A stretch of DNA of 53,962 nucleotides from Nemertoderma westbladi (Eukaryota > Animalia > Xenacoelomorpha), in contig JAUCBJ010002850.1 in the NCBI GenBank assembly GCA_032718475.1, forward strand, positions 1 to 53,962. The letters run 5' to 3'. The notes under the pieces were generated by a model that made no database searches, was not told the DNA's origin, and saw only the letters and a list, made by a program, of their open reading frames with translations. Position numbers and translations under genes: made by a program. Of this stretch, positions 26,690 to 40,000 are shown piece by piece. How positions within the stretch are numbered: the stretch's first letter is position 1; each line of letters starts with the position of its first letter.

Positions 26690-27050
26690 ATTTTATATCA
26701 TAAAAATCAGTTTTTATTCAATCAGGTTATAGAGCCTAGTAGTATATTCTATACTGAGATGAGACTGCAGGATCTGTGGATGTCGCGAAGTGATTGATTG
26801 ATGAAGCCGTAGCTAGTTAATAATGCTGAGAGTTCATTGACCAGTTGAGATCGATGTAGACATTCAAATACGTAATGCTCCTCCGTTTCAGGTTTACCAC
26901 AGGCGCACAAGTCATTTTCAAAGTCACCGTATATGTAACGCATGTTTGCTAAGTTAGACTGACGGACTGACCAATATGTAGCCCTAATATAAATGATTCT
27001 TGACTTCTTGTACAATTAAGAGCGATTGGTGATACGGTAGGTCATATCAA
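26690..27050 (-). mobile_element. CR1/L2-like LINE ORF2 C-terminal fragment
   Basis: Minus ORF 26749-27015 has NDLCACGKPETEEHYVFECLHRSQL, the CxC..ET..H...C motif typical of non-LTR ORF2 3' ends. Confidence 0.65.
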
Positions 27051-27501
27051 AATGAAATATGAATATTTAAAAAATTGATGCACATTAAAAGTAATTCCAA
27101 ATATAATTAAAATATCCCCTGGGATTTGTTCTAATTAAGACCGGATAGCAGCAGCATGTGGAGTTTATTTAGGGCAATTAGGGACACTCCAATGCAATGT
27201 GGTGGTTCCTTGTGACTGTTGAGTCACTCCTAAGCTGAGTTGCATCTACAACAGATGCAATAGCCAGTTGCTCTCCGGCAGGATTTAGTTGAGATAAACC
27301 TACTTTTAAATGTAAATCCACTTTAGCAGCAAGTCGCATACATGATATGATATAATACGATACGATATTATTATTATTAAAAGTTACACCCAAACTGAAA
27401 CTCATTCATATTGTTTACTAACTAACCCTTATTGTTATTTGTATTTCTATCAAGTAATCAATCATATTTCGCGCAACTAACAAAAGACTGTTTCATTTCA
27501 G

Positions 27502-27612
27502 ACCTCACCTACAGCTAACCCTGTCGGCATAACTAACTCAGTTACAACTCCAACCCACAGTAATGGTGCCCTTGGCAACGGGAGAGTACCCAACAATAAC
27601 GTACCGTTAGAA
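27502..27612 (+). CDS. SLC8A: NCX coding exon 3 (cytoplasmic loop, low complexity)
   Basis: Acceptor tttcatttcag|, 111 nt open (TSPTANPVGITNSVTTPTHSNGALGNGRVPNNNVPLE), donor GAA|gtaagt at 27613; phase 0/0 fits flanking exons. No homology support by eye; being symmetric it could be a cassette. Confidence 0.7.
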
Positions 27613-27637
27613 GTAAGTCTGTCAGAAATTCAATGTA

Positions 27638-29966
27638 TTAATGGGAGGGGAGGGGTACCCCCCCCCTTAAAGGGAGGGGAACCCCCCCCCCCCCTTAATG
27701 GGAGGGGTACCCCCCCTTAATGGGAGGGGAACCCCCCCCCCCCCCCTTAATGGGAGGGGTACCCCCCCCCCCCCCTTAATGGGAGGGGTACCCCCCCTTA
27801 ATGGGAGGGGAACCCCCCCCCCCCTTAATGGGAGGGGAACCCCCCCCCCTTAATGGGAGGGGAACCCCCCCCCCCTTAATGGGAGGGGTACCCCCCCCCC
27901 CTTAATGGGAGGGGTACCCCCCCTTAATGGGAGGGGAACCCCCCCCCCCTTAATGGGAGGGGTACCCCCCCCTTAATGGGATGGGACCCCCCCCCCCCCC
28001 TTAATGGGAGGGGTACCCCCCCCCCCCCTTAATGGGAGGGGTACCCCCCCCTTAATGGGAGGGGTACCCCCCCTTAACCCTATTACCACTGGGGTGTTTT
28101 GACCATTAGCACCACTGGGGGGGGGGGGGGGGGGGGGAATTCGGCCCACCCATATTTTTGTAATCGTCCAATGAAATCCTACAAAATTTGGGCTGTTGGT
28201 TAAACAACTATAGATGAACACTACCAAACCTTAAAAAGTTAAAATTTCATAAGCAGGGAATCATAATTTTGATGAAAAATAAAAGTAGTCCCAGGACAAA
28301 ATTACATAATTTTTCGTTTTCTAAAAACTATTAGTCTGGCAGTGTTGGTTAGATTTAGTAGGTTTTTCAAGACGCTGAATCGAATGTGATTATATTCCAT
28401 TTCCAAAAATTGAAGTGGATGCTATTTTTCGTGCACCTAAGAAGTGGGCGTGGCACTTCAAATTTTGAAAAATTAGATATTCAGAAAATGCCCCTAATTT
28501 TTTATTTCAACGCATCTTTATAGGTTTTCTGGGCCGCTGAATCGATTGAAAGTAATATAGAAGCCTGAAGACTTAGTGGTTCGCCATTTTTGGTGCACCA
28601 AAATTAGGGCGTGGCACTTCAAATTTTGAAAAATACGAGATTCGGAAAATAAACCAAAATTGAAATTTTAACGCATTTATATAGGTTTTCTAGACCGCTG
28701 AATCGATTGAAAGTAATATAGAAGCCTGAAGACTTAGAGGTTAGCCATTTTTGATGTATCAAAATTAGGGCGTGGCACTTAAATTTTGAAAAATGAAATG
28801 AAAAATTTTGGTGCACCAAAAATGGCGAACCACTAAGTCTTCAGGCTTCTATATTTCTTTCAATCGACTCAGCGCTCCAGAAAACCAATAAAAATGCTTC
28901 GAAATCAAAACTTTAGTAAATTTTCCGAATAAAGTAATTTTGAAATATTAAAGTGCCACGCCCTAATTTTGGTGCTCCAAAAATGACGTACCACTACACT
29001 TACATACTTGTAAAGAGCATTAGAGTGATCCACACCAATAAAAATAAAAAAAATAACCCAAACATAAATAATTACTAAATCACGAATGACTTTGTAAAAT
29101 TCGAAAATTTCAAAAAATTTGGTGCTGGAGACCAAATTTTGAGGTGGGTACCCACATCGAAAAGTAGAAATCCAATTGCAACGTCGTTTATTGCAAAAGA
29201 TGCGGCATTAAATTTGGCTAATTCTCAATAAAAATTGGGCCGGTACGTAATGTGGTTGCATAGTTACAGCAACTAAAATCTAGGAAGGGGTCGATTCCCC
29301 CCCCCCCCCCCCCCCCCAGTGGTAATAGGGTTAATGGGAGGGGTACCCCCCCTTAATGGGAGGAGTACCCCCCCTTAATGGGAGGGGTACCCCTCCTTAA
29401 TGGGAGGGGTACCCCCCTTAATGGGAGGGGTAACCCCCCTTAATGGGATGGGTACCCCCCCTTAATGGGAGGGGTACCCCCCTTTAATGGGAAGGGTAAC
29501 CCCCCCCCCCCCCTAATGGGAGGGGGAACCCCCCTTAATGGGATGGGTATCCCCCCTTAATGGGATGGGTACCCCCCTTAATGGGAGGGGTACCCCCCCT
29601 TAATGGGAGGGGTACCCCTCCTTAATGGGAAGGGTACCCCCCTTAATGGGAGGAGTAATCCCCCCCCCCACTAATGGGAGGGGTACCCCTCCTTAATGGG
29701 AAGGGTACCCCCCCCCCCCCCCTTAATGGGAGGGGTAACCCCCCTTAATGGGATGGGTACCCCCCCTTAATGGGAGGGGTACCCCTCCTTAATGGGAGGG
29801 GTAACCCCCCTTAATGGGATGGGTACCCCCCCTTAATGGGAGGGGTACCCCTCCTTAATGGGAGGGGTACCCCCCTTTAATGGGAAGGGTAACCCCCCCC
29901 CCCCCCCCCCCCCTAATGGGAGGGGGAACCCCCCTTAATGGGATGGGTATCCCCCCTTAATGGGAT
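27638..29966. repeat. G/C-tract minisatellite (ttaatgggaggggtacccccc, variable C run), interrupted by a transposon at 28078-29330
   Basis: Same ~20-28-bp unit on both sides of the insertion; unit is quasi-palindromic around GTAC. Confidence 0.92.
28078..29330. mobile_element. Non-autonomous piggyBac-like DNA transposon (1253 bp)
   Basis: TTAA on both sides (28074-28077, 29331-29334); perfect 17-bp TIR ccctattaccactgggg / ccccagtggtaataggg; internal direct and inverted repeats; no transposase ORF. Confidence 0.88.
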
Positions 29967-30113
29967 ATCATAAAATAATTAGCTACTGTAAAATATACTG
30001 TAAATAATAAAATATAAGTAAAATATACTGTAAAATATTGTAAAATAATAACTGTTTCATTAATCTTGAGCTTTCTTGTTGTTTGAGACAACAGAATGTT
30101 ATTATTTGAGACA

Positions 30114-30350
30114 AGGGGAAAAACTGGACGCAAAACCCGCCTTGGCGAATTAATATCCCGCCTCAATGTTAAATTCTCAATTTAGGGAAAGGAGCACTGA
30201 GCAGGTTACAGTGGCACATTATTTTAACATAAACAATAAACTAAGCACAATAGAACAGGTTACAGTTATATTTTAGAGAGTAATCAGGTGTTATTTGCGT
30301 CGAATTACCCCTGGAGAGGGATGAACTTTTATTGCCCTATTCAGCCCCCT
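30114..30350. mobile_element. MITE-like interspersed repeat, copy 2 (of 4589-4821)
   Basis: Colinear similarity, including identical atatcccgcctcaatgttaaattctcaatttagggaaaggagca. Confidence 0.75.
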
Positions 30351-30858
30351 ATCTGTATTATTTTGACAAGTTATGAAATTATATTATATTGTCGGATTGA
30401 TTGCTGTTTTGCAATTATTTATTTTTATTACAATGTAACACAACACACATGTGATTATTGTGGGGCAACATTTAGTGTTAAACTAATATAATGGCTATGC
30501 GCCCCGGTGTGCGTATTCAAGCAGGCTTCTGATTAAACTCACAACGGCATCCCTCACACACGAAACACCTTAATTATAAGCCGCCATGTAACCCTAACCC
30601 GTTGCTAAAAGTGTTGGACCGTATAGGTCGTCATAGGCCAATGCACCCTATTGGCGTAGTAGTTACAAATACCATTTCTTTAATTTATTGTAGTACTTAA
30701 ATTAAGGGCTACATTATTGCGTATAATAATAGATTACTTAACAATAGTTTATTTATATTTATTGAACCAAATTTATGGATTTATCGAACAAATTAATTGA
30801 TTATAATGTTACGTGTGTGTTGGCTATCCATTAATATCATTTCTTCTACATCCATTAG

Positions 30859-31010
30859 AGACCGACTTCTACTGGCAGTACCCAATCTACTGTTCGTATT
30901 GTTGGTACGAAACGCCGTGCGACTCTGTTCCATGGTCCCTCTACCGAACTGCAGACCTTGGAGAGACAATCCGCGTTGCGCGCTAGTCGTGGGGATTTAC
31001 GGGACGACCT
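30859..31010 (+). CDS. SLC8A: NCX coding exon 4 (cytoplasmic loop)
   Basis: Acceptor ..ttctacatccattag|; RPTSTGSTQSTVRIVGTKRRATLFHGPSTELQTLERQSALRASRGDLRDD; donor CT|gtaagt at 31011; phase 0/2 matches exon 5. Confidence 0.8.
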
Positions 31011-31026
31011 GTAAGTTCCTAGCTAT

Positions 31027-34000
31027 GTGTGTCCCTCAGTATTTAGTGTCAGTCCCTCAGTATTTATTGGCTTTGTGTCCATCAGTATTTATTTGCTTTG
31101 TGTCCCCCAGTATTTATTGGCTTTGTGTCCCTCAGTATTTATTTGCTTTGTGTCCCTCAGTATTTATTTGCTTTGTGTCCCTCAGTATTTGTTTGCTTTG
31201 TGTCCCTCAGTATTTGTTTGCTTTGTGTCCCTCAGTATTTATTTGCTTTGTGTCCCTCAGTATTTATTTGCTTTGTGTCCCTCAGTATTTATTTGCTTTG
31301 TGTCCCCCAGTATTTATTGGCTTTGTGTCCCTCAGTATTTATTGCTTTGTCAGTCCCTCAGTATTTATTTGCTTTGTGTCCCTCAGTATTTGTTTGCTTT
31401 GTGTCCCTCAGTATTTATTTGCTTTGTGTCCCTCAGTATTTATTTGCTTTGTGTCCCTCAGTATTTATTTGCTTTGTGTCCCTCAGTATTTATTTGCTTT
31501 GTGTCCCTCAGTATTTGTTTGCTTTGTGTCCCTCAGTATTTATTTGCTTTGTGTCCCTCAGTATTTATTTGCTTTGTGTCCCTCAGTATTTATTTGCTTT
31601 GTGTCCCTCAGTATTTATTTGCTTTGTGTCCCTCAGTATTTATTTGCTTTGTGTCCCTCAGTATTTATTTGCTTTGTGTCCCTCAGTATTTATTTGCTTT
31701 GTGTCCCTCAGTATTTATTTGCTTTGTGTCCCTCAGTATTTATTTGCTTTGTGTCCCTCAGTATTTATTTGCTTTGTGTCCCTCAGTATTTATTTGCTTT
31801 GTGTCCCTCAGTATTTGTTTGCTTTGTGTCCCTCAGTATTTATTTGCTTTGTGTCCCTCAGTATTTATTTGCTTTGTGTCCCTCAGTATTTATTTGCTTT
31901 GTGTCCCTCAGTATTTATTTGCTTTGTGTCCCTCAGTATTTATTTGCTTTGTGTCCCTCAGTATTTATTTGCTTTGTGTCCCTCAGTATTTATTTGCTTT
32001 GTGTCCCTCAGTATTTATTTGCTTTGTGTCCCTCAGTATTTATTTGCTTTGTGTCCCTCAGTATTTATTTGCTTTGTGTCCCTCAGTATTTATTTGCTTT
32101 GTGTCCCTCAGTATTTGTTTGCTTTGTGTCCCTCAGTATTTGTTTGCTTTGTGTCCCTCAGTATTTATTTGCTTTGTGTCCCTCAGTATTTATTTGCTTT
32201 GTGTCCCTCAGTATTTATTTGCTTTGTGTCCCTCAGTATTTATTTGCTTTGTGTCCCTCAGTATTTATTTGCTTTGTGTCCCTCAGTATTTGTTTGCTTT
32301 GTGTCCCTCAGTATTTATTTGCTTTGTGTCCCTCAGTATTTATTTGCTTTGTGTCCCTCAGTATTTATTTGCTTTGTGTCCCTCAGTATTTATTTGCTTT
32401 GTGTCCCTCAGTATTTATTTGCTTTGTGTCCCTCAGTATTTATTTGCTTTGTGTCCCTCAGTATTTGTTTGCTTTGTGTCCCTCAGTATTTATTTGCTTT
32501 GTTTCCCTCAGTATTTATTTGTTTTGTGTCGCTCAGTATTTATTTGTTTTGTGTCCCTCAGTATTTGTTTGCTTTGTGTCCCTCAGTATTTATTTGCTTT
32601 GTGTCCCTCAGTATTTATTTGCTTTGTGTCCCTCAGTATTTATTTGCTTTGTGTCCCTCAGTATTTATTTGCTTTGTGTCCCTCAGTATTTATTTGCTTT
32701 GTGTCCCTCAGTATTTATTTGCTTTGTGTCCCTCAGTATTTATTTGCTTTGTGTCAGTATTTATTTGCTTTGTGTCCCTCAGTATTTATTTGCTTTGTGT
32801 CCCTCAGTATTTGTTTGCTTTGTGTCCCTCAGTATTTATTTGCTTTGTGTCCCTCAGTATTTATTTGCTTTGTGTCCCTCAGTATTTATTTGCTTTGTGT
32901 CCCTCAGTATTTATTTGCTTTGTGTCCCTCAGTATTTATTTGTTTTGTGTCCCTCAGTATTTATTTGTTTTGTGTCCCTCAGTATTTGTTTGCTTTGTGT
33001 CCCTCAGTATTTATTTGCTTTGTGTCCCTCAGTATTTATTTGTTTTGTGTCGCTCAGTATTTATTTGTTTTGTGTCCCTCAGTATTTGTTTGCTTTGTGT
33101 CCCTCAGTATTTATTTGCTTTGTGTCCCTCAGTATTTATTTGCTTTGTGTCCCTCAGTATTTATTTGCTTTGTGTCCCTCAGTATTTATTTGCTTTGTGT
33201 CCCTCAGTATTTATTTGCTTTGTGTCCCTCAGTATTTATTTGCTTTGTGTCCCTCAGTATTTATTTGCTTTGTGTCAGTATTTATTTGCTTTGTGTCCCT
33301 CAGTATTTGTTTGCTTTGTGTCCCTCAGTATTTATTTGCTTTGTGCCCATCAGTATTTATTTGCTTTGTGTCCATCAGTATTTATTTGCTTTGTGTCCCT
33401 CAGTATTTATTTGCTTTGTGTCCCTCAGTATTTATTTGCTTTGTGTCCCTCAGTATTTATTTGCTTTGTGTCCCTCAGTATTTATTTGCTTTGTGTCCCT
33501 CAGTATTTATTTGCTTTGTGTCCCTCAGTATTTATTTGTTTTGTGTCCCTCAGTATTTGTTTGCTTTGTGTCCCTCAGTATTTATTTGCTTTGTGTCCCT
33601 CAGTATTTATTTGCTTTGTGTCCCTCAGTATTTATTTGCTTTGTGTCCCTCAGTATTTATTTGCTTTGTGTCCCTCAGTATTTATTTGTTTTGTGTCCCT
33701 CAGTATTTATTTGTTTTGTGTCCCTCAGTATTTATTTGCTTTGTGTCCCTCAGTATTTATTTGCTTTGTGTCCCTCAGTATTTATTTGCTTTGTGCCCAT
33801 CAGTATTTATTTGCTTTGTGTCCCTCAGTATTTGTTTGCTTTGTGTCCCTCAGTATTTGTTTGCTTTGTGTCCCTCAGTATTTGTTTGCTTTGTGTCAGT
33901 ATTTATTTGCTTTGTGTCCCTCAGTATTTATTTGCTTTGTGTCCCTCAGTATTTATTTGTTTTGTGTCCCTCAGTATTTATTTGCTTTGTGTCCCTCAGT

Positions 34001-37000
34001 ATTTATTTGCTTTGTGTCCCTCAGTATTTATTTGCTTTGTGTCCCTCAGTATTTATTTGCTTTGTGTCCCTCAGTATTTGTTTGTTTGTGTCAGTATTTA
34101 TTTGCTTTGTTTCCCTCAGTATTTATTTGCTTTGTGTCCCTCAGTATTTATTTGTTTTGTGTCCCTCAGTATTTATTTGCTTTGTGTCCCTCAGTATTTA
34201 TTTGCTTTGTGTCCCTCAGTATTTATTTGCTTTGTGCCCATCAGTATTTATTTGCTTTGTGTCCCTCAGTATTTGTTTGCTTTGTGTCCCTCAGTATTTG
34301 TTTGCTTTGTGTCCCTCAGTATTTGTTTGTTTGTGTCAGTATTTATTTGCTTTGTGTCCCTCAGTATTTATTTGCTTTGTGTCCCTCAGTATTTATTTGT
34401 TTTGTGTCCCTCAGTATTTATTTGCTTTGTGTCCCTCAGTATTTATTTGCTTTGTGTCCCTCAGTATTTATTTGCTTTGTGCCCATCAGTATTTATTTGC
34501 TTTGTGTCCCTCAGTATTTGTTTGCTTTGTGTCCCTCAGTATTTGTTTGCTTTGTGTCCCTCAGTATTTGTTTGCTTTGTGTCAGTATTTATTTGCTTTG
34601 TGTCCCTCAGTATTTATTTGCTTTGTGTCCCTCAGTATTTATTTGTTTTGTGTCCCTCAGTATTTATTTGCTTTGTGTCCCTCAGTATTTATTTGCTTTG
34701 TGTCCCTCAGTATTTATTTGCTTTGTGCCCATCAGTATTTATTTGCTTTGTGTCCCTCAGTATTTGTTTGCTTTGTGTCCCTCAGTATTTGTTTGCTTTG
34801 TGTCCCTCAGTATTTGTTTGCTTTGTGTCAGTATTTATTTGCTTTGTGTCCCTCAGTATTTATTTGCTTTGTGTCCCTCAGTATTTGTTTGCTTTGTGTC
34901 CCTCAGTATTTATTGGCTTTGTGTCCCTCATTATTTATTTGCTTTGTGTCCCTTAGTATTTATTTGCTTTGTGTCCCTCAGTATTTATTTGCTCTGTGTC
35001 CCTCAGTATTTGTTTGCTTTGTGTCCCTCAGTATTTATTGGCTTTGTGTCCCTCATTATTTATTTGCTTTGTGTCCCTCAGTATTTATTTGCTTTGTGTC
35101 CCTCAGTATTTGTTTGCTTTGCGTCCCTCAGTATTTGTTTGCTTTGTGTCCCTCAGTATTTATTTGCTTTGTGTCCCTCAGTATTTATTTGCTTTGCGTC
35201 CCTCAGTATTTGTTTGCTTTGTGTCCCTCAGTATTTATTTGCTTTGTGTCCCTCAGTATTTGTTTGCTTTGTGTCAGTATTTATTTGCTTTGTGTCCCTC
35301 AGTATTTGTTTGCTTTGCGTCCCTCAGTATTTGTTTGCTTTGTGTCCCTCAGTATTTGTTTGCTTTGTGTCAGTATTTATTTGCTTTGTGTCCCTCAGTA
35401 TTTATTTGCTTTGTGTCCCTCAGTATTTGTTTGCTTTGTGTCCCTCAGTATTTGTTTGCTTTGTGTCCCTCAGTATTTATTTGCTTTGTGTCCCTCAGTA
35501 TTTATTTGCTTTGTGTCCCTCAGTATTTAGTTGCTTTGTGTCCCTCAGTATTTATTTGCTTTGTGTCCCTCAGTATTTATTTGCTTTGTGTCCCTCAGTA
35601 TTTATTTGCTTTGTGCCCATCAGTATTTATTTGCTTTGTGTCCCTCAGTATTTGTTTGCTTTGTGTCCCTCAGTATTTGTTTGCTTTGTGTCCCTCAGTA
35701 TTTGTTTGCTTTGTGTCAGTATTTATTTGCTTTGTGTCCCTCAGTATTTATTTGCTTTGTGTCCCTCAGTATTTGTTTGCTTTGTGTCCCTCAGTATTTA
35801 TTGGCTTTGTGTCCCTCATTATTTATTTGCTTTGTGTCCCTTAGTATTTATTTGCTTTGTGTCCCTCAGTATTTATTTGCTTTGTGTCCCTCAGTATTTG
35901 TTTGCTTTGTGTCCCTCAGTATTTATTGGCTTTGTGTCCCTCATTATTTATTTGCTTTGTGTCCCTCAGTATTTATTTGCTTTGTGTCCCTCAGTATTTA
36001 TTGGCTTTGTGTCCCTCATTATTTATTTGCTTTGTGTCCCTCAGTATTTATTTGCTTTGTGTCCCTCAGTATTTATTTGCTTTGTGTCCCTCAGTATTTA
36101 TTTGCTTTGTGTCCCTCAGTATTTATTTGCTTTGTGTCCCTCAGTATTTATTTGCTTTGTGTCCCTCAGTATTTATTTGCTTTGTGTCCCTCAGTATTTG
36201 TTTGCTTTGTGTCCCTCAGTATTTATTGGCTTTGTGTCCCTCAGTATTTATTTGCTTTGTGTCAGTATTTATTTGCTTTGTGTCCCTTAGTATTTATTTG
36301 CTTTGTGTCAGTATTTATTTGCTTTGTGTCAGTATTTATTTGCTTTGTGTCCCTCAGTATTTGTTTGCTTTGTGTCCCTCAGTATTTATTTGCTTTGTGT
36401 CCCTCAGTATTTATTTGCTTTGTGTCAGTATTTATTTGCTTTGTGTCCCTCAGTATTTATTTGCTTTGTGTCAGTATTTATTTGCTTTGTGTCAGTATTT
36501 ATTTGCTTTGTGTCCCTCAGTATTTGTTTGCTTTGTGTCCCTCAGTATTTATTTGCTTTGTGTCCCTCAGTATTTATTTGCTTTGTGTCAGTATTTATTT
36601 GCTTTGTGTCCCTCAGTATTTGTTTGCTTTGTGTCCCTCAGTATTTGTTTGCTTTGTGTCCCTCAGTATTTATTTGCTTTGTGTCAGTATTTATTTGCTT
36701 TGTGTCCTTCAGTATTTATTTGCTTTGTGTCCCTCAGTATTTGTTTGCTTTGTGTCCCTCAGTATTTATTTGTTTTGTGTCCCTCAGTATTTATTTGCTT
36801 TGTGTCCCTCAGTATTTGTTTGCTTTGTGTCCCTCAGTATTTATTTGCTTTGTGTCAGTATTTATTTGCTTTGTGTCCCTCAGTATTTGTTTGCTTTGTG
36901 TCCCTCAGTATTTATTTGCTTTGTGTCCCTCAGTATTTATTTGCTTTGTGTCCCTCAGTATTTATTTGCTTTGTGTCCCTCAGTATTTATTTGCTTTGTG

Positions 37001-40000
37001 TCAGTATTTATTTGCTTTGTGTCCCTCAGTATTTATTTGCTTTGTGTCCCTCAGTATTTATTTGCTTTGTGTCCCTCAGTATTTATTTGCTTTGTGTCCC
37101 TCAGTATTTATTTGCTTTGTGTCCCTCAGTATTTATTTGCTTTGTGTCCCTCAGTATTTATTTGCTTTGTGTCCCTCAGTATTTATTTGCTTTGTGTCCC
37201 TCAGTATTTATTTGCTTTGTGTCCCTCAGTATTTATTTGCTTTGTGTCCATCAGTATTTATTTGCTTTGTGTCCCTCAGTATTTATTTGCTTTGTGTCCC
37301 TCCGTATTTATTTGCTTTGTGTCCCTCAGTATTTATTTGCTTTGTGTCCCTCAGTATTTATTTGCTTTGTGTCCCTCAGTATTTGTTTGCTTTGTGTCCC
37401 TCAGTATTTATTTGTTTTGTGTCCCTCAGTATTTATTTGCTTTGTGTCCCTCAGTATTTGTTTGCTTCGTGTCCCTCAGTATTTATTTGCTTTGTGTCAG
37501 TATTTATTTGCTTTGTGTCCCTCAGTATTTGTTTGCTTTGTGTCCCTCAGTATTTATTTGCTTTGTGTCCCTCAGTATTTATTTGCTTTGTGTCCCTCAG
37601 TATTTATTTGCTTTGTGTCCCTCAGTATTTATTTGCTTTGTGTCAGTATTTATTTGCTTTGTGTCCCTCAGTATTTATTTGCTTTGTGTCCCTCAGTATT
37701 TATTTGCTTTGTGTCCCTCAGTATTTATTTGCTTTGTGTCCCTCAGTATTTATTTGCTTTGTGTCCCTCAGTATTTATTTGCTTTGTGTCCCTCAGTATT
37801 TATTTGCTTTGTGTCCCTCAGTATTTATTTGCTTTGTGTCCCTCAGTATTTATTTGCTTTGTGTCCCTCAGTATTTATTTGCTTTGTGTCCCTCAGTATT
37901 TATTTGCTTTGTGTCCCTCAGTATTTATTTGCTTTGTGTCCCTCAGTATTTATTTGCTTTGTGTCCCTCAGTATTTATTTGCTTTGTGTCCCTCAGTATT
38001 TATTTGCTTTGTGTCCCTCAGTATTTATTTGCTTTGTGTCCCTCAGTATTTATTTGCTTTGTGTCCCTCAGTATTTATTTGCTTTGTGTCAGTATTTATT
38101 TGCTTTGTGTCCTTCAGTATTTATTTGCTTTGTGTCCCTCAGTATTTGTTTGCTTTGTGTCCCTCAGTATTTATTTGTTTTGTGTCCCTCAGTATTTATT
38201 TGCTTTGTGTCCCTCAGTATTTATTTGCTTTGTGTCAGTATTTATTTGCTTTGTGTCCCTCAGTATTTGTTTGCTTTGTGTCCCTCAGTATTTATTTGCT
38301 TTGTGTCCCTCAGTATTTATTTGCTTTGTGTCCCTCAGTATTTATTTGCTTTGTGTCCCTCAGTATTTATTTGCTTTGTGTCAGTATTTATTTGCTTTGT
38401 GTCCCTCAGTATTTATTTGCTTTGTGTCCCTCAGTATTTATTTGCTTTGTGTCCCTCAGTATTTATTTGCTTTGTGTCCCTCAGTACTTATTTGCTTTGT
38501 GTCCCTCAGTATTTATTTGCTTTGTGTCCCTCAGTATTTATTTGCTTTGTGTCCCTCAGTATTTATTGGCTTTGTGTCCCTCAGTATTTATTTGCTTTGT
38601 GTCCCTCAGTATTTATTTGCTTTGTGTCCATCAGTATTTATTTGCTTTGTGTCCCTCAGTATTTATTTGCTTTGTGTCCCTCCGTATTTATTTGCTTTGT
38701 GTCCCTCAGTATTTGTTTGCTTTGTGTCCCTCAGTATTTGTTTGCTTTGTGTCCCTCAGTATTTATTTGCTTTGTGTCCCTCCGTATTTATTTGCTTTGT
38801 GTCCCTCAGTATTTATTTGCTTTGTGTCCCTCAGTATTTATTTTCTTTGTGTCCCTCAGTATTTATTTGCTTTGTGTTCCTCAGTATTTATTTGCTTTGT
38901 GTCCCTCAGTATTTATTTGCTTTGTGTCCCTCAGTATTTGTTTGCTTTGTGTCAGTATTTATTTGCTTTGTGTCCCTCAGTATTTATTTGCTTTGTGTCC
39001 CTCAGTATTTGTTTGCTTTGTGTCCCTCAGTATTTATTTGCTTTGTGTCAGTATTTATTTGCTTTGTGTCCCTCAGTATTTATTTGCTTTGTGTCCCTCA
39101 GTATTTATTTGCTTTGTGTCCCTCAGTATTTATTTGCTTTGTGTCCCTCAGTATTTATTTGCTTTGTGTCCCTCAGTATTTGTTTGCTTTGTGTACCTCA
39201 GTATTTATTTGCTTTGTGTCCCTCAGTATTTATTTGCTTTGTGTCCCTCAGTATTTATTTGCTTTGTGTCCCTCAGTATTTATTTGCTTTGTGTCCCTCA
39301 GTATTTATTTGCTTTGTGTCCCTCAGTATTTATTTGCTTTGTGTCCCTCAGTATTTATTTGCTTTGTGTCCCTCAGTATTTGTTTGCTTTGTGTCCCTCA
39401 GTATTTATTTGCTTTGTGTCAGTATTTATTTGCTTTGTGTCCCTCAGTATTTGTTTGCTTTGTGTCCCTCAGTATTTATTTGCTTTGTGTCAGTATTTGT
39501 TTGCTTTGTGTCCCTCAGTATTTATTTGCTTTGTGTCCCTCAGTATTTATTTGCTTTGTGTCCCTCAGTATTTGTTTGCTTTGTGTCAGTATTTATTTGC
39601 TTTGTGTCCCTCAGTATTTATTTGCTTTGTGTCTCTCAGTATTTATTTGCTTTGTGTCCCTCAGTATTTATTTGCTTTGTGTCCCTCAGTATTTATTGGC
39701 TTTATGTCCCTCAGTATTTATTTGCTTTGTGTCCCTCAGTATTTATTTGCTTTGTGTCCCTCAGTATTTATTTGCTTTGTGTCCCTCAGTATTTATTTGC
39801 TTTGTGTCCCTCAGTATTTATTTGCTTTGTGTCCCTCAGTATTTGTTTGCTTTGTGTCCCTCAGTATTTATTTGCTTTGTGTCAGTATTTATTTGCTTTG
39901 TGTCCCTCAGTATTTATTTGCTTTGTGTCCCTCAGTATTTGTTTGCTTTGTGTCCCTCAGTATTTATTTGCTTTGTGTCAGTATTTATTTGCTTTGTGTC

